The notes under the pieces: model-generated
Database searches by the model: none
What the model was told of the DNA's origin: nothing
What the model saw: the letters and a program-made list of their open reading frames with translations, nothing else
Shown here: positions 47,810 through 56,371 of the stretch, one piece after another
How the letters are laid out: each line of letters begins with the position of its first letter
Numbering within the stretch: the first letter of the stretch is position 1
Origin: Bacilli bacterium
Lineage (GTDB): Bacteria > Bacillota_I > Bacilli_A > RFN20 > CAG-826
Reading direction: 5' to 3'
Assembly: GCA_024408505.1 (NCBI GenBank)
Contig: JAKSUZ010000005.1
Span: forward strand, 2,055 to 66,054
DNA length: 64,000 bases
Program-made: the position numbers and the translations under genes

Positions 47810-48742
47810 ATGTCAAGAGAAAACTCAAAATTATTATTTAAAACCAGTTTCTTCGTAAATCCAAGTAGGGAACCGAATTATTTTGCCGCACTAAATAGTT
47901 TAATGAGAACTAGTATCCAGCGCGAGCTATTACTTAGTTATCTAAATAGTGCAAATACAGTTGCATATTTGAATAATGCTTATCATGAAATGGAATATTT
48001 TGATAATTCGACAGGAAGTTTAAAAAAATATGTATGCTTTGATACAGGACTAAAAACATATTTACATAAAAGAATACTGGTCTTAACCACAAAAGACTCA
48101 AGACATGAGAGCCCATATTTTCTAGGTTTTTATCCAGAGGATCATCACTTGATTAAGGAACACGGCTTAAATCCTAGAAATTTATTATCCTTAAATTCTG
48201 GGAAATACCTTTTAGAAAATTTTAATAGTCTGACCTTTAAAAATGTTACTCTGAATGAGTTTCCGGATCATGCATATAAAAGAATCATCGAACCTCGCAT
48301 ATCAGTCGAAAAGGATCGCGTATCTTATCAATCGCCAAACGAAAGATACATTGAAGAATATTCAAAAATGGAAAAACAACAATTTATAACCCTTATCAAT
48401 GATGGGATTAATTGCGCTAGAAAAGGTATTGAAAAACCTATCTACGGAATCTATGAAAATAAAGGCTGCATGTTCATTAAAATTTCTTTCCCGCTGAATA
48501 ATGGAAAAGAATATGAAGGATATTTGGCTTTTTCTGAGGATACACCGAACACCCTTTCTTTAAAAACCTACTTATCCAAAAATATGGTAAAGGGATGGGC
48601 TTTATTTAATGATTTAAACAATGCTGCCAATTTTTCGATAGAAAAAATAAATGAAAATGAACACAATAAAATCGATTCACTAAATTCATTAAAAGAAAAA
48701 TCTGAACCTGAAGTCGAAGAAGACGAAGTTGGATTTGAGTAA
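47810..48742 (+). CDS. Hypothetical protein (weak by-eye resemblance to DUF3825-type proteins), acidic C-terminal tail
   Basis: 310-aa ORF with TATAAT at 47781-47786 and a GGAG Shine-Dalgarno sequence at 47800-47803. Contains 'FDTGL' and 'ISFPL...YLAF' blocks. It is the only gene inside the tRNA-flanked islet. Confidence 0.45.
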   Translation: MSRENSKLLFKTSFFVNPSREPNYFAALNSLMRTSIQRELLLSYLNSANTVAYLNNAYHEMEYFDNSTGSLKKYVCFDTGLKTYLHKRILVLTTKDSRHESPYFLGFYPEDHHLIKEHGLNPRNLLSLNSGKYLLENFNSLTFKNVTLNEFPDHAYKRIIEPRISVEKDRVSYQSPNERYIEEYSKMEKQQFITLINDGINCARKGIEKPIYGIYENKGCMFIKISFPLNNGKEYEGYLAFSEDTPNTLSLKTYLSKNMVKGWALFNDLNNAANFSIEKINENEHNKIDSLNSLKEKSEPEVEEDEVGFE

Positions 48743-48774
48743 TTAATTGTTTTTATATACCTAAAAACACCTTT

Positions 48775-48812
48775 GGCGACATAAAAAAATTAAAGTCATG
48801 TCTCCGTTTTTT
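48775..48812 (+). terminator. Rho-independent terminator after 47810..48742
   Basis: GGCGACAT (48775-48782) pairs with ATGTCTCC (48798-48805), with one mismatch. A G and TTTTTT (48807-48812) follow. Confidence 0.45.
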
Positions 48813-48848
48813 CAAAAAATTAGTATTTATCGTATAAGTAAGTCGATT

Positions 48849-48922
48849 TGGTGCCCCCACGCGGAATCGGACCACGAACGGATCCTTACCATGGATCTGT
48901 TATACCACTTAACTATGGGGGC
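48849..48922 (-). tRNA. tRNA-Thr (anticodon GGU), CCA-encoded, with non-canonical C55 and A32
   Basis: The reverse complement is GCCCCCA-TA-GTTA-AGTGGTA-TAAC-A-GATCC-ATGGTAA-GGATC-CGTT-CGTGG-TCCGATT-CCGCG-TGGGGGC-A-CCA. It folds as a 74-nt cloverleaf with 7/4/5/5-bp stems. The T-loop reads TCCGATT instead of TTCGATT. Confidence 0.75.
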
Positions 48923-48926
48923 GCAA

Positions 48927-50234
48927 TTAAGTATTATACTTATCTTTCTTTTTGATTTCTACAAATAAATCATAAACAAAGGCATCTTTAACTTTTAATT
49001 GGTAGTATTTGCCAACTTCTAAATTAAACGGCGCATCAGCAAATACGCTTCCATCGGTATCATCCGGAGAATTATATTTTGTTAAAAATTGCTGATAACC
49101 AGTGTCATCATTAATTCCTAAATATAAACCAGTGATAGTTTCGCCAATATGAGATTTATTTTTCGCTAAAGAAATCTTCTTTTGCGCTTTCATTAAAATG
49201 TTTAAACGTTCTTTTTTAGTTTTTTCGTTTACTTGATTAGGTAAGTCATAAGCTTTTGTGTTCGCTTCACGAGAATAAGAAAACGCACCCACATGATCAA
49301 ACTTAAAATCATTAACAAAGTTAATCAATGTTTTGAAGCTCTTATTAGTCTCGCCTGGGAAGCCGACCATGAATGTAGTTCTAAAAATCGCATCGGGAAT
49401 TTCTTTTTTAATCTTCCTTAATATCTTAAGAGTATTAGCGTGACTACCTTTTCTATTCATTAATTTTAATATTGTTTCATCAGCATGCTGAAGTGGAATA
49501 TCGAAGTAATGATAAAACTTCTTACTCGTTTTCATGAACTTAATGAAGTCATCGGTAATTTCACTAGGATATAAATATAAAAGACGATAATGTTTAATCC
49601 CATTAACGTTATCTAATTTCTTTAATAATTTAGTTAAATTAGTGCCATCTCTTAAATCGCTACCATAATTTGAAACATCTTGAGCGATAATAGTTACTTC
49701 ACTAATTCCTTGCTTCGCTAAATGATTAGCTTCTTTAACTATGTCATCAATTTTTCGTGAACGATATCTTCCACGAATATTAGGAATCGCGCAGAAACTA
49801 CAAAAGTTATTACAACCATCCGCAATTCTTAAATAGGCAAAATTTGCACCAGTAATTAATTGACGATTTATATAATTAAGATCATATTTCTTTTTATCTT
49901 CTAGATAAGAGGAAACGTATTTAGAAAAATTTGGATAACGCGAAAACGGAACAATTAGATCAATGTCTGGATAATCCTTTTTAATTTCTTTTTCATATAA
50001 TTCTGCAAAGCAACCAGTAACAATTAATTTCTTTCGATATTGCATCATATCAAGAATCGTATTCAAAGATTCAACTTGAGCATCTTCGATGAAACCACAA
50101 GTATTAACGATAATGATATCTGCTTCGCGTGGATTACTAGTTAGTTGATACTTAGCTTTTTTAAAAGCGCCAAGAATCATTTCGCTATCAACGAGGTTCT
50201 TAGCGCAGCCTAAAGAGACGATGCCAACTTTCAT
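48927..50234 (-). CDS. rimO: Ribosomal protein S12 methylthiotransferase RimO (radical SAM, MiaB family)
   Basis: 435 aa with 'VSLGCAKNLVDSE', radical-SAM 'CNNFCSFC' and a C-terminal TRAM-like region. The stop lies 4 nt from the tRNA 5' end. Confidence 0.8.
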   Translation of the reverse strand: MKVGIVSLGCAKNLVDSEMILGAFKKAKYQLTSNPREADIIIVNTCGFIEDAQVESLNTILDMMQYRKKLIVTGCFAELYEKEIKKDYPDIDLIVPFSRYPNFSKYVSSYLEDKKKYDLNYINRQLITGANFAYLRIADGCNNFCSFCAIPNIRGRYRSRKIDDIVKEANHLAKQGISEVTIIAQDVSNYGSDLRDGTNLTKLLKKLDNVNGIKHYRLLYLYPSEITDDFIKFMKTSKKFYHYFDIPLQHADETILKLMNRKGSHANTLKILRKIKKEIPDAIFRTTFMVGFPGETNKSFKTLINFVNDFKFDHVGAFSYSREANTKAYDLPNQVNEKTKKERLNILMKAQKKISLAKNKSHIGETITGLYLGINDDTGYQQFLTKYNSPDDTDGSVFADAPFNLEVGKYYQLKVKDAFVYDLFVEIKKKDKYNT

Positions 50235-51682
50235 GCTATTCTCCCACTCTTCGTGGCTAATTTAACGAGTTTGGCCTCGTTTTTCATTAATCCTTCATAG
50301 TCTCTTAAGCGGAAAGTCCAGTTGTTTTTGGTTTTAACACCAGGAATATTAATTCGACCATTCTTGCCTAAGCGAAGAACATCGGTAATCGAAATGATAA
50401 CTGTATCAGCCGGTTGACACACTACATAATTAAACAAATTAGTCATTACATGATGATGACCATATGTATTATCCAAGTAGTTAATAACTGCGTTACGAGT
50501 GTCTTCATCTAAAACTTCAATCCAACGCATACCAGTATAAGAATCATGCGTTGAAACATAAATAACCGAATTTTCTCTTTTAAAAACGTGAGGGAAAGAA
50601 TTGTGACGAATCTCTTCATCAATTAACGTAAATTGAATCACTTGCATTCCAGGTAAATTAAAATGATCGCGGAGATAAAATACTTCTTCACGCATATCCC
50701 CTAAATCTTCGGCAATTAATTGGATATCAGGTTTTTGCGAAAACAAATAATCAAATAATTCGTAACCAGGCGCTTCTTTCCATTCGCCGATTTTTGCGTT
50801 TTCGGCACCACTAGGAATTTCGTAATATGTATCGAAGGCTCTAAAATGATCTAAACGTGTAACATCATAAATTTTGTTTGTAAATAAAATACGTTCAATC
50901 ACTAATGAAAAATTATGTTCTCTTAAATAATCCCAATTATAAATTGGGTTGCCCCATAGTTGTCCATCTTCACTATAGTAATCAGGTGGAACGCCTGCCA
51001 CTACAGTGGGATTAAATTTCTCATCAAGTAAAAAGACATCACGGTTAAAATAAACATCCGCGCTATCATAGCCAACATAAAAAGGAAGGTCGCCAATAAT
51101 CGTTATATTTTTACTCTTTGCGTATTGATGAATCTCATTCCACTCTTCAAATAGAATATATTGTTTAAAGATTTCACGATTAACATCGTTTTGATGTTTT
51201 TCATCAATGTTAGTTATTGTCCAATTATTCCAACTCTTACTTTTATTAAGACGACGGAGTACTTTATAAATCGCGTATTCAACAATTCTTGGCTCTTTCT
51301 TTTTAAAATCATTTAAGACATCCATCGATTGCTCATACTTAACAAAGTTATCATAAGCAAGATTAAAATAAGCTTCTTTGTATTTTCTTACCTTAGTGTA
51401 GTTCACTCTTTTGGATTTATTCATATAAGGAGTAATTTCACCAATTAATCCCCTTTTCTTTAAATCGGTTAATGAAACATAAATATCATCTAAAGCAAAA
51501 GAAGAAACTGGTGTATATGGTGAACCGTATATATCAGTTGGATTAAGGGGAAGGATTTGCCAACAAGAATAACGAATCCTAGTTAAAAAATCGATAAATA
51601 AAATTGCACATTCGCCAAAATCACCGATTCCATATTGATTAGGCAGACTAAATAAAGGAGCGAATAGACCAATTCTTTTCAT
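50231..51682 (-). CDS. malQ: 4-alpha-glucanotransferase (amylomaltase, GH77)
   Basis: 483 aa with 'GIGDFG', 'SPY...S', 'RLDHFRAF', 'IAEDLG' and 'THD' blocks. ATGA overlap with rimO. Confidence 0.85.
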   Translation of the reverse strand: MKRIGLFAPLFSLPNQYGIGDFGECAILFIDFLTRIRYSCWQILPLNPTDIYGSPYTPVSSFALDDIYVSLTDLKKRGLIGEITPYMNKSKRVNYTKVRKYKEAYFNLAYDNFVKYEQSMDVLNDFKKKEPRIVEYAIYKVLRRLNKSKSWNNWTITNIDEKHQNDVNREIFKQYILFEEWNEIHQYAKSKNITIIGDLPFYVGYDSADVYFNRDVFLLDEKFNPTVVAGVPPDYYSEDGQLWGNPIYNWDYLREHNFSLVIERILFTNKIYDVTRLDHFRAFDTYYEIPSGAENAKIGEWKEAPGYELFDYLFSQKPDIQLIAEDLGDMREEVFYLRDHFNLPGMQVIQFTLIDEEIRHNSFPHVFKRENSVIYVSTHDSYTGMRWIEVLDEDTRNAVINYLDNTYGHHHVMTNLFNYVVCQPADTVIISITDVLRLGKNGRINIPGVKTKNNWTFRLRDYEGLMKNEAKLVKLATKSGRIA

Positions 51683-51686
51683 AAAC

Positions 51687-53273
51687 TTATAATAACGGAG
51701 CGAACATTCTTAACACTGACCAAATAAAACGACGTGGCGCTAAATATTTTTTATAACGCTGATAAGTAATTTGCTCGGAAACGTTAAAAATGTCAATAAA
51801 ATCTTTTTTCATATCGTCAATACAACGACAGCGATACATAAATGTACCATTCTCTAAATGGAGATATAAACTTCGATAATCAAGGTTGATGGTTCCGACT
51901 GTTGCATAAATATCATCAACCACGAACATCTTCATATGAATAAATCCTGGAGTATATTCGTAAATTTTTACACCATTCTTAAGTAAAACCCGATAATGGC
52001 TTCTAGTAATACCAAAGGTAATCTTTTTATCAGGAATATGCGGAGTCACTATTCTTACATCCACGCCTTGTTTAACCGCGTTAGTCAAAGCATTTACAAT
52101 TTCATCATCGATTATCAAATATGGAGTTGTAATATAAATATATTTTTTGGCTCTCGCGATTAAATTTAGATAAACGCGCTCACCTACTGACTCCTCATTA
52201 TAAGGAAGATCACCATACGGTTGAACATACCCATTTCCGTAGATGCCTTTATGAGTCGGGAAGAAACGCATGTAATTTTCATTAAAGAAATTAGCTTGTG
52301 TAAAGTCAGCTTCTGAAATACTTAACCATTGGGTTAAAAATAAAGTAGTCAATCCATCAACCGCACTACCTTCAACTTTAATTGCATTATCTTTCCAATA
52401 GCCAAAACGTTCGATTTTATTAATATATTCATCCGCAAGATTAATACCACCACTAAAGCCAACTATTCCATCAATTACCATAATTTTTCTATGGTCACGG
52501 TTATTAATTTTTACATCTAGAAGTGGTTTAAATTTATGGAAGGCGACTGTTTTAATTCCTATGGCATTTAGTTTTTTATCATAATGCCAAGGTATATAAC
52601 CAGCGCTACCTACATCATCGTAGATGAGACGAACATCCACACCTTCTTTTACTTTCTCTTTTAAGATATCAAAAATACTATTCCAAAAGATACCAGGCGC
52701 AACAATAAAATATTCAATGAAAATAAATTTCTTAGCTTTCTTTAATTCCTTAATCATTTCTGGATATACTTTCTCGCCACTAGGGTAATAAGAAACAATT
52801 GAATTTTGGTATAAGTCGCCACCACTTGCTTTGGTAATATAATTAGCCATTTGATAGGCATCAAAATTTTCTTTTTTGATTTTCTCAGCAATTGACTTTT
52901 CAATTTGGGTGCTGGTAAGCATAGCGTAAATCGGTTTAATTTTTCTTCTTTGTCGATAGGTAATTTTCTTATTGCCAAAAAGTAGATAAAAGAAAGAACC
53001 GAATAACGGCAAAATCGCTACCACTACTAGCCAAGTAATTTTATAAGCTGGCTTTGCGTGGCTATTTACGATATAGACAACAATAATAAAAGAAAGTAGA
53101 TAAAGGAAAACAATTAAAATAATCCATGATTGCCAATCATCAAGATTAAAAAGCGATGCGAACGATCCGGCGATGGAATAGGCAAAAATAACAACCAAAG
53201 CAATTTCCAACGCTAGAAGGATACTAATCCAGAGAATACGCGATGCAAAAAGCTTCCGAAGTTTCTTGAACAT
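51687..53273 (-). CDS. cls: Cardiolipin synthase
   Basis: 528 aa with N-terminal TM segments and two HKD motifs, 'HRKIMVIDG' and 'HMKMFVVDD'. Confidence 0.9.
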   Translation of the reverse strand: MFKKLRKLFASRILWISILLALEIALVVIFAYSIAGSFASLFNLDDWQSWIILIVFLYLLSFIIVVYIVNSHAKPAYKITWLVVVAILPLFGSFFYLLFGNKKITYRQRRKIKPIYAMLTSTQIEKSIAEKIKKENFDAYQMANYITKASGGDLYQNSIVSYYPSGEKVYPEMIKELKKAKKFIFIEYFIVAPGIFWNSIFDILKEKVKEGVDVRLIYDDVGSAGYIPWHYDKKLNAIGIKTVAFHKFKPLLDVKINNRDHRKIMVIDGIVGFSGGINLADEYINKIERFGYWKDNAIKVEGSAVDGLTTLFLTQWLSISEADFTQANFFNENYMRFFPTHKGIYGNGYVQPYGDLPYNEESVGERVYLNLIARAKKYIYITTPYLIIDDEIVNALTNAVKQGVDVRIVTPHIPDKKITFGITRSHYRVLLKNGVKIYEYTPGFIHMKMFVVDDIYATVGTINLDYRSLYLHLENGTFMYRCRCIDDMKKDFIDIFNVSEQITYQRYKKYLAPRRFIWSVLRMFAPLL

Positions 53274-53278
53274 ATTGT

Positions 53279-54319
53279 CTACTTATCAAATGATGGTGTA
53301 ACCTTAGGAATTTCCCCGGAATAGTTGCCAAGTTTTTCATATGAAATCTCATACTTAATTTCGCTATATTCAATAAGAACTGGTTTGTCAAGATAGAGAA
53401 TTGGGACTCCTGTACCGTCAAACGCCTTACTTAAAATTAATAATTCATGATAAAAACGAAAATTGGTAAAACGATAAACGTCTTCATCGTCTTTTTCATA
53501 TTTTTCTAACAAACCTTCGTAGAAGAAATTGTCTTCTGCTTTATATGAACGACCCATCGTTGTCTTAAAATCAGGAAAGATTGAATAACCTTCGCGAATT
53601 AAATATTTACCATTAGACATTCCATAAATCGCTTTGTTATCATCGGCTAATAATTTAAATTCATAAGGAACATCGCGAACCATCGATGGCAAGAAATGAG
53701 ATTTAATACGACTAACATATGGAGATTGGCCAAAAATAGAATCGACTTTCTCTTCGTCTTCTAAATCATATTCTTTTCCTGTAGTCAAAGAGGTTACCGT
53801 TTCAGGTTCATCATTATTTTTTCTTTTTCTTCGTTGAGAATAAGTACTAGTCTCATTAGACTTATGCGGATAACTATCATCAAAAGTATAGTCGGTTAAG
53901 GATGATGCTGTTTTAATAATCCCGCTATTAGCAGATTGAATTTGCTGATTGGTAATCGTGTCGCTAATTGAAACATTATTATTGTATCTATATCCATTTT
54001 CATCAATTGATACCATAGAACATTGAGAAATAGTGCTGCTTTCTTGCCCGAAATAAGCATATTTTAAATCTCGTGACTCTTCTTGACGTTTATATCGAGC
54101 AACATCAATATCTTTGCTTTCTTCATCATTCACATACTTTTTTATTTCGTTATAGTCTTTTTGCGGCATTGAATCAGTAATATCAAATTCTCCTCTCATG
54201 CCGATTCGTACATATGGATCTTCAAAAGGTGATTCAGGCGTATCAATTGATGGCTTCGCGCAAGAAAAAAGAGTTAAAGGAGAGAAAATAAGGAAAAACA
54301 TTAATTGATATTTTTTCAT
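53279..54319 (-). CDS. Lipoprotein, unknown function (tandem paralogue of 54322..55374)
   Basis: Lipobox 'LTLFSC'. Shares 'PFEDPYVRIGM', 'GRSYKAE' and the C-terminal 'ILYLDKPVLIEYSEIKYEISYE' pattern with the upstream gene. Confidence 0.55.
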   Translation of the reverse strand: MKKYQLMFFLIFSPLTLFSCAKPSIDTPESPFEDPYVRIGMRGEFDITDSMPQKDYNEIKKYVNDEESKDIDVARYKRQEESRDLKYAYFGQESSTISQCSMVSIDENGYRYNNNVSISDTITNQQIQSANSGIIKTASSLTDYTFDDSYPHKSNETSTYSQRRKRKNNDEPETVTSLTTGKEYDLEDEEKVDSIFGQSPYVSRIKSHFLPSMVRDVPYEFKLLADDNKAIYGMSNGKYLIREGYSIFPDFKTTMGRSYKAEDNFFYEGLLEKYEKDDEDVYRFTNFRFYHELLILSKAFDGTGVPILYLDKPVLIEYSEIKYEISYEKLGNYSGEIPKVTPSFDK

Positions 54320-54321
54320 AT

Positions 54322-55374
54322 TTAATTAATCTTTACTCCTGGAATTGTATCTATGCTAGTCACTTTATCATCAACTGAGAATTGATAAGTTTCTTCTCTG
54401 AATTTTATGATGATAGGATTAGTTAAATAAGAAATTGGCACATTTGGTTGAATAATATCACTTGTAATTACAGTTTCTGAATATTGACGAACATGATTGA
54501 CAATATACCAATCTTCCTGCGTTTTTGTTTGCATAACTTTTAAACGCGTAACCACAATTGAGTTAACCATTGCCTCGTAACTACGACCATCTGGTAAAGA
54601 ATAAATACCTTTTTCTTCGTATGGGGTATGCGCTTCCTTAATTAAAACAACTTCATCATTTTTAGTTACGCCAGGAATGCTCGTGGCGGAAGCGATTGGA
54701 AAAATAAAACCCGTCATCGGTATTTCAAAATGTTTTGTGCTGTACCAATCATCTGTTGCTAGTTGATTTAGAGGTTTTTCTTCTAATATTGAAGCGCTAA
54801 TGGTAGTAGGCTTCCCACTTGAATATGTTTCTAGCGTTTGTTCTAAAACATATTCACTATCATCAGCTTGCTCTGATTCTTTATATTCTTCTTCTGCATT
54901 ATCATATTCACCTAAATAATGAAATGATTTAGTTGTACTATGCACAGTGCTTTTACCGTAAGAATAATCAACAACAGTGGTTGTTTCACTATTAGTTTCT
55001 TGACGACACTCATACTTAGGACTTTGGCTCTTACCAACGCGAACGGTTGAAAACTCATTATCAAACATTCTATTTGAAATTGAATATCCTTGCTCAAACA
55101 CTCCAGCAAACGCTCTTTCATAATTGCGTTCGTGCACTTCGCCTGTAACTTTTGTAATTAATTGATTGTATTCATCGAGTCTTGCATAAGTGCTATCAAC
55201 CAATGCGGTTTCTTGCGAAGAAAGGGGCTCCTTCACCATTTCGTCTTCTGTAATATTTAAACCGATTCGAGGATATTGATCTTCCGGAAACGGATTAGGA
55301 AAACCATTACTATTGTTGTTACAACTAGCAAGTGTTGGAATAAGCGCAAATACAAATAATATACTTTTTTTCAT
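54322..55374 (-). CDS. Lipoprotein, unknown function (tandem paralogue of 53279..54319)
   Basis: Lipobox 'PTLASC'. Contains 'PFPEDQYPRIGL', 'GRSYEAM' and 'ISYLTNPIIIKFREETYQFSVD'. Confidence 0.55.
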   Translation of the reverse strand: MKKSILFVFALIPTLASCNNNSNGFPNPFPEDQYPRIGLNITEDEMVKEPLSSQETALVDSTYARLDEYNQLITKVTGEVHERNYERAFAGVFEQGYSISNRMFDNEFSTVRVGKSQSPKYECRQETNSETTTVVDYSYGKSTVHSTTKSFHYLGEYDNAEEEYKESEQADDSEYVLEQTLETYSSGKPTTISASILEEKPLNQLATDDWYSTKHFEIPMTGFIFPIASATSIPGVTKNDEVVLIKEAHTPYEEKGIYSLPDGRSYEAMVNSIVVTRLKVMQTKTQEDWYIVNHVRQYSETVITSDIIQPNVPISYLTNPIIIKFREETYQFSVDDKVTSIDTIPGVKIN

Positions 55375-55415
55375 ATTAAAATATGAACTCTCATATATAA
55401 TACACTTTTTTAAGA

Positions 55416-55910
55416 TTATTTACTATGTTTTGCAATGTAACTTTCGACGTCTTCAAGTTTAATGCCTAAAGCGACCGCTAATTCTTCATTGAGGAGCTTT
55501 TCGCAGAAAGTCGCAAGGTTTTGATCAGTTAAAGGCATGGCTTTCTTGGCTTTAATAAATTCGTTTTTCTTAATTAAAATCGTATGGGCGATACTAGCTA
55601 ATGCTTCTAAATCGCCGGAAATAATTAAATTTTGGAAATGTTCTTTTCTTTTCCGGTTATCGTTTATCCAGTGGGTTTTGCTCTTCTTTAGTTTCTTAAC
55701 TAATTCTTGAGCGTTCCGTTTAGAAATATGCGGTCTAATTTGATCCGCTTTATCAACAGGAATACGAATGATGCTTATGGCCGTTCCAAAATATGGCTTA
55801 AGTACATAGTACTTGGTTTTACCATCGCCAAAGTCAGTGTTCTCAATTTTGGTGATCTTGCAAACACCTTCGTGGCGATGGACTACGCAGTCGCCAACTG
55901 AGAACTTCAT
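55416..55910 (-). CDS. CarD/CdnL-family RNA-polymerase-binding transcriptional regulator
   Basis: The N-terminal 'FSVGDCVVHRHEGVCKITKIE' is the CarD_CdnL_TRCF (RID) signature. ATG 55910 is preferred over the GTG at 55928 used by the track. Confidence 0.75.
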   Translation of the reverse strand: MKFSVGDCVVHRHEGVCKITKIENTDFGDGKTKYYVLKPYFGTAISIIRIPVDKADQIRPHISKRNAQELVKKLKKSKTHWINDNRKRKEHFQNLIISGDLEALASIAHTILIKKNEFIKAKKAMPLTDQNLATFCEKLLNEELAVALGIKLEDVESYIAKHSK

Positions 55911-55958
55911 ACATAGTAATTTTACCACATTGGCACACCGAATTGGCGAATAAACAAA

Positions 55959-55978
55959 AAAGGACCTTTAGGTCCTTT
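55959..55978 (-). terminator. Rho-independent terminator downstream of rpsO
   Basis: AAAGGACC-TTTA-GGTCCTTT hairpin. On the minus strand it is followed by TTTTTGTTT. Confidence 0.75.
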
Positions 55979-56000
55979 AATGTTAGATTTTTAACTACAA

Positions 56001-56270
56001 TTACTTACGTAACTTCAAATCTTTGATAAGTTTGATGTAAGAATCACGATCACTCTTTTCAAGATAATTGAGTAATGATTTTCTTTGACCAACCAAACGC
56101 ATTAAGCCGCGATGAGAAGAATGATCTTTATGATTATTCTTTAAATGAAGAGTAAGAGCATTGATTTGCTCGGTGAGTAATGCGATTTGAATTTCTACAC
56201 TACCAGTGTCCTTTTCATTCTTAGCGAATTTCTTCACTAATGCGGCTTTTTTATCTTTTGATAATGCCAT
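56001..56270 (-). CDS. rpsO: 30S ribosomal protein S15
   Basis: 89 aa. 'TGSVEIQIALLTEQINALTLHLKNNHKDHSSHRGLMRLVGQRKSLLNYL' is classic S15. AAGGAG Shine-Dalgarno sequence upstream. Confidence 0.95.
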   Translation of the reverse strand: MALSKDKKAALVKKFAKNEKDTGSVEIQIALLTEQINALTLHLKNNHKDHSSHRGLMRLVGQRKSLLNYLEKSDRDSYIKLIKDLKLRK

Positions 56271-56292
56271 CTTTTTTCTCCTTTTTATTAAT

Positions 56293-56336
56293 CTAGGCTA
56301 TATCCAAGACTAGCGTTGGAGTATCGCTAACCCTAG
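56293..56336 (-). promoter_or_regulatory. Structured rpsO 5' leader (nested hairpin plus pseudoknot); candidate S15 autoregulatory element
   Basis: Plus-strand coordinates are given for three helices. The outer helix pairs CTAGG 56293-56297 with CCTAG 56332-56336. The inner hairpin pairs TAGCG 56311-56315 with CGCTA 56325-56329. The hairpin-loop TTGGA 56316-56320 is complementary to TCCAA 56303-56307. Confidence 0.4.
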
Positions 56337-56371
56337 AAATAGTTGCCTAATAAGAATACAACAAATCAAAA

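Larger units (their letters stand above)
47555..48864. mobile_element. Putative remnant of a tRNA-integrated element (1.3-kb islet, no integrase)
   Basis: Bounded by the 16-nt direct repeats. It lies on the 3' side of the tRNA, as expected for tRNA-targeting integrases. It contains iteron-like repeats and one orphan ORF, and no recombinase ORF is visible. Confidence 0.35.

Noticed and set aside
47571-48848. Intact prophage or ICE at the tRNA.
   Set aside because: The bracketed segment is only about 1.3 kb with one ORF and no integrase, replication or structural genes. At most it is a remnant or a trans-mobilised cassette.
19279-55121. Same-strand, out-of-frame nested ORFs: 19279..19509, 21063..21281, 21908..22093, 26544..26735, 37406..37666, 52754..52978, 53224..53421, 54912..55121.
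   Set aside because: They are embedded in longer coding frames with recognisable domains. There is no independent Shine-Dalgarno or promoter evidence.
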